Source of the DNA: an uncultured Alphaproteobacteria bacterium
Lineage (GTDB): Bacteria > Pseudomonadota > Alphaproteobacteria > Rs-D84
Reading direction: 5' to 3'
DNA length: 45,705 nt
Assembly (NCBI GenBank): GCA_947168075.1
Contig: CAMVKK010000002.1
Span: 1 to 45,705 of the forward strand
Shown here: one piece after another, positions 44,486-45,705 of the stretch
How the letters are laid out: every line of letters begins with the position of its first letter
How positions within the stretch are numbered: the stretch's first letter is position 1
Made by a program: the position numbers and the translations under genes
The notes under the pieces: generated by a model
Told to the model about the DNA's origin: nothing
The model's database searches: none
What the model saw: only the letters and a program-made list of their open reading frames with translations

Positions 44486-44785
44486 TTATTTTTTTTCTAA
44501 TTTTTGGCATTCATTTAATATTATTTTCATGTTGCGCTTAATTTTGTCTATTTCTGCAAATTGTCGCACATTATCGACTTTTTGTTCCAAGAACAATAAA
44601 TGTGTTTTTAATGCATTATATGTTTGCATCAACATTTCATATCTTGTTTCTTTGGGCAAATCAGAAAACATTTTAGAAACAATTTTTTTAATTTCTGCAT
44701 CATTTTTAGACTTGATTTTATGTACAACAACCAAACTTGCACCCAGCAACACACCCGCAATAAATATCACATAAATAAACAACAT
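44486..44785 (-). CDS. small membrane-anchored coiled-coil protein (99 aa), unknown function
   Basis: N-terminal TM MLFIYVIFIAGVLLGASLVVV, then a charged helical region. SD AAGGGGA. Confidence 0.5.
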   Translation of the reverse strand: MLFIYVIFIAGVLLGASLVVVHKIKSKNDAEIKKIVSKMFSDLPKETRYEMLMQTYNALKTHLLFLEQKVDNVRQFAEIDKIKRNMKIILNECQKLEKK

Positions 44786-44801
44786 ATTATCCCCTTGTTA
44801 T

Positions 44802-44831
44802 AAAAATTTAACCGCCAATAGAATTGGCGGT
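44802..44831 (-). terminator. terminator-like hairpin upstream of the small membrane-protein gene
   Basis: The minus strand reads ACCGCCAAT-TCT-ATTGGCGGT followed by TAAATTTTT. It would end a transcript coming from the gpsA side. Confidence 0.45.
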
Positions 44832-45115
44832 CGGGGAGTGGTAAAGACCAAAAATCAAGTCTATTCCCCGACCGTACAACAATCAGGGATGATAACGATG
44901 CAAAAGGCACCGCAAACATCAGATTACGATGCTTTTGCACCGGATTTTTGCAGGCTTACCACAGCCCGAACCCAATTCCCATTGGATTCAATTCCAATTT
45001 TATCATAAATATGAACAAAAGCAAATCGTTATAAATTTTGAAAATAAAAAAGACCTGTAATTCCCGCACGCACAACGTACGCGTGGTCGGTCGGGAACGT
45101 CCCATAGATCGTTTT

Positions 45116-45653
45116 TTATAATTTCATTTTATTGCGCATTTCGCATAACATTTGGGTTGGAACACCCAACCGTTCAGCGCGGGCAATTATGCCACCCAGT
45201 GCCGATATTCCCTCTACTGTACCAACGATTTGTTCACCGCGGGCAATTGCCATACCGCCCGAAAAATTGCGACTGGTTTCCGATGTCGCAGATAAAAACA
45301 AGTCCCCCACCCCACACAAATCCAAAAATGTTTCAACGTGCGCGCCCATCTTTTGCCCAAGTTGTACCACCTCGCCCCAGGCACGCGTGAATATCATTGC
45401 GCGTTCATTTTCACCGGCGGATGCAATAAAATTATATCCCGCAATAAGTGCTACCGCGTTTTTTCCAACACCGCACATTTGTACACCAACAACATCATCA
45501 CTGTCGCTTAAATAAAGTTTGTTAAGTATTTCGTGCCCTGCCCGCCGTGCTATTTCCGTGCCCGCCAAAGTCGACCCGGTGGGAACACCACGCGCAACCT
45601 CGGCTGCGAACTGGGGTCCGGACAGCACACCAAAATCAACACAGTTCGGTAAC
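45116..45653 (-). CDS. gpsA: NAD(P)H-dependent glycerol-3-phosphate dehydrogenase, C-terminal part (truncated by the contig end and adapter)
   Basis: ..VLSGPQFAAEVARGVPT.., KNAVALIAGY, CGVGDLFLSATSETSRNFSGG. The first 14 ORF codons (MVGDWSSDVCSSDL) are translated adapter, not gene. Confidence 0.85.
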
Positions 45654-45705
45654 AGATCGGAAGAGCACACGTCTGAACTCCAGTCACCAACCACAATCGC
45701 GTATG
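45654..45705. other. Illumina TruSeq adapter read-through (assembly or trimming artefact)
   Basis: An exact AGATCGGAAGAGCACACGTCTGAACTCCAGTCAC at 45654-45687, then an 8-nt index-like CAACCACA, then ATCGCGTATG (compare ATCTCGTATG of the adapter tail). Confidence 0.95.

Noticed and set aside
44833-45115. Assignment of the structured interval to SRP RNA, tmRNA (including the two-piece alpha type), RNase P RNA or 6S RNA.
   Set aside because: None of the diagnostic motifs is present on either strand. Missing are the SRP domain IV GGAA/AGCA loops, a tRNA-like GGTTCGAATCC T-loop with a CCA end and tag ORF, and the RNase P GAAAGUCCGGGC or ACAGAAnCCGGCUUA motifs. I keep it only as an unclassified candidate.
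45654-45694. The first 14 codons (MVGDWSSDVCSSDL) of the gpsA ORF as a real N-terminus.
   Set aside because: It is the translation of the Illumina adapter. GpsA normally has about 150 more N-terminal residues, including the NAD-binding GxGxxG, which lie beyond the contig end.
1-45705. CRISPR arrays, IS elements or transposases, prophage genes, toxin-antitoxin pairs and known defence systems.
   Set aside because: I saw no regularly spaced direct repeats, no DDE/serine/tyrosine recombinase-like ORFs and no recognisable defence-gene motifs in any supported ORF.

Overview
This window is the 45.7 kb end of a short-read, metagenome-style contig from a moderately AT-rich Gram-negative bacterium. 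It is most likely an alphaproteobacterium with a streamlined genome, judging by an alpha-type SspB, a DUF4167-like protein, a ZitP-like zinc-ribbon protein, RpoH and a YfgM-like/BamB-like pair; this taxonomic call is inference. I can support about 40 protein genes, 2 tRNAs (Val-TAC, Cys-GCA), several rho-independent terminators and two small repeat families. The housekeeping blocks are: rluD; DUF4167-dnaX; skp-lpxD-fabZ; a tightly overlapped minus-strand chain of lptF/G, lptD, surA-like, rlmN and a TrpF-like gene; nusA-infB; rsmE, a pseudouridine synthase and a TPR protein; porin-rpoH; yfgM-like and bamB-like; tolC-macA-macB(ATPase)-macB(permease); tRNA-Cys-recF-sspB; and a truncated gpsA. The unusual content is: (i) a minus-strand operon (12333 down to 7460) of three 405-452 aa paralogous proteins that begin with type-IV-prepilin-like signal peptides but carry large beta-solenoid-looking bodies, followed by a ZitP-like zinc-ribbon membrane protein and a small secreted protein, with a G9 homopolymer exactly on the junction of two of the pilin-like genes; (ii) a normal-size type IV pilin plus an OmpA-like lipoprotein directly behind dnaX; (iii) three consecutive secreted, very Cys-rich proteins (262, 610, 1072 aa) with repeated Cys-spacing modules and no family I can name; (iv) an orphan VirD4/TraG-type coupling protein between infB and rsmE; (v) a palindromic 70-100 bp repeat bracketing nusA-infB and a family of near-identical CCGGC-AAAT-GCCGG terminator hairpins; (vi) an in-frame A_AAA_AAG slippery heptamer in dnaX. 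The window contains no pilus, T2SS or T4SS assembly ATPase, secretin, prepilin peptidase, integrase, transposase or CRISPR array. The last 52 nt (45654-45705) are an Illumina TruSeq adapter, an assembly artefact that also creates a false N-terminus on the gpsA ORF. All homology statements come from reading the translations by eye and none were checked by a search. Hand-derived coordinates of small features may be off by 1-2 nt.
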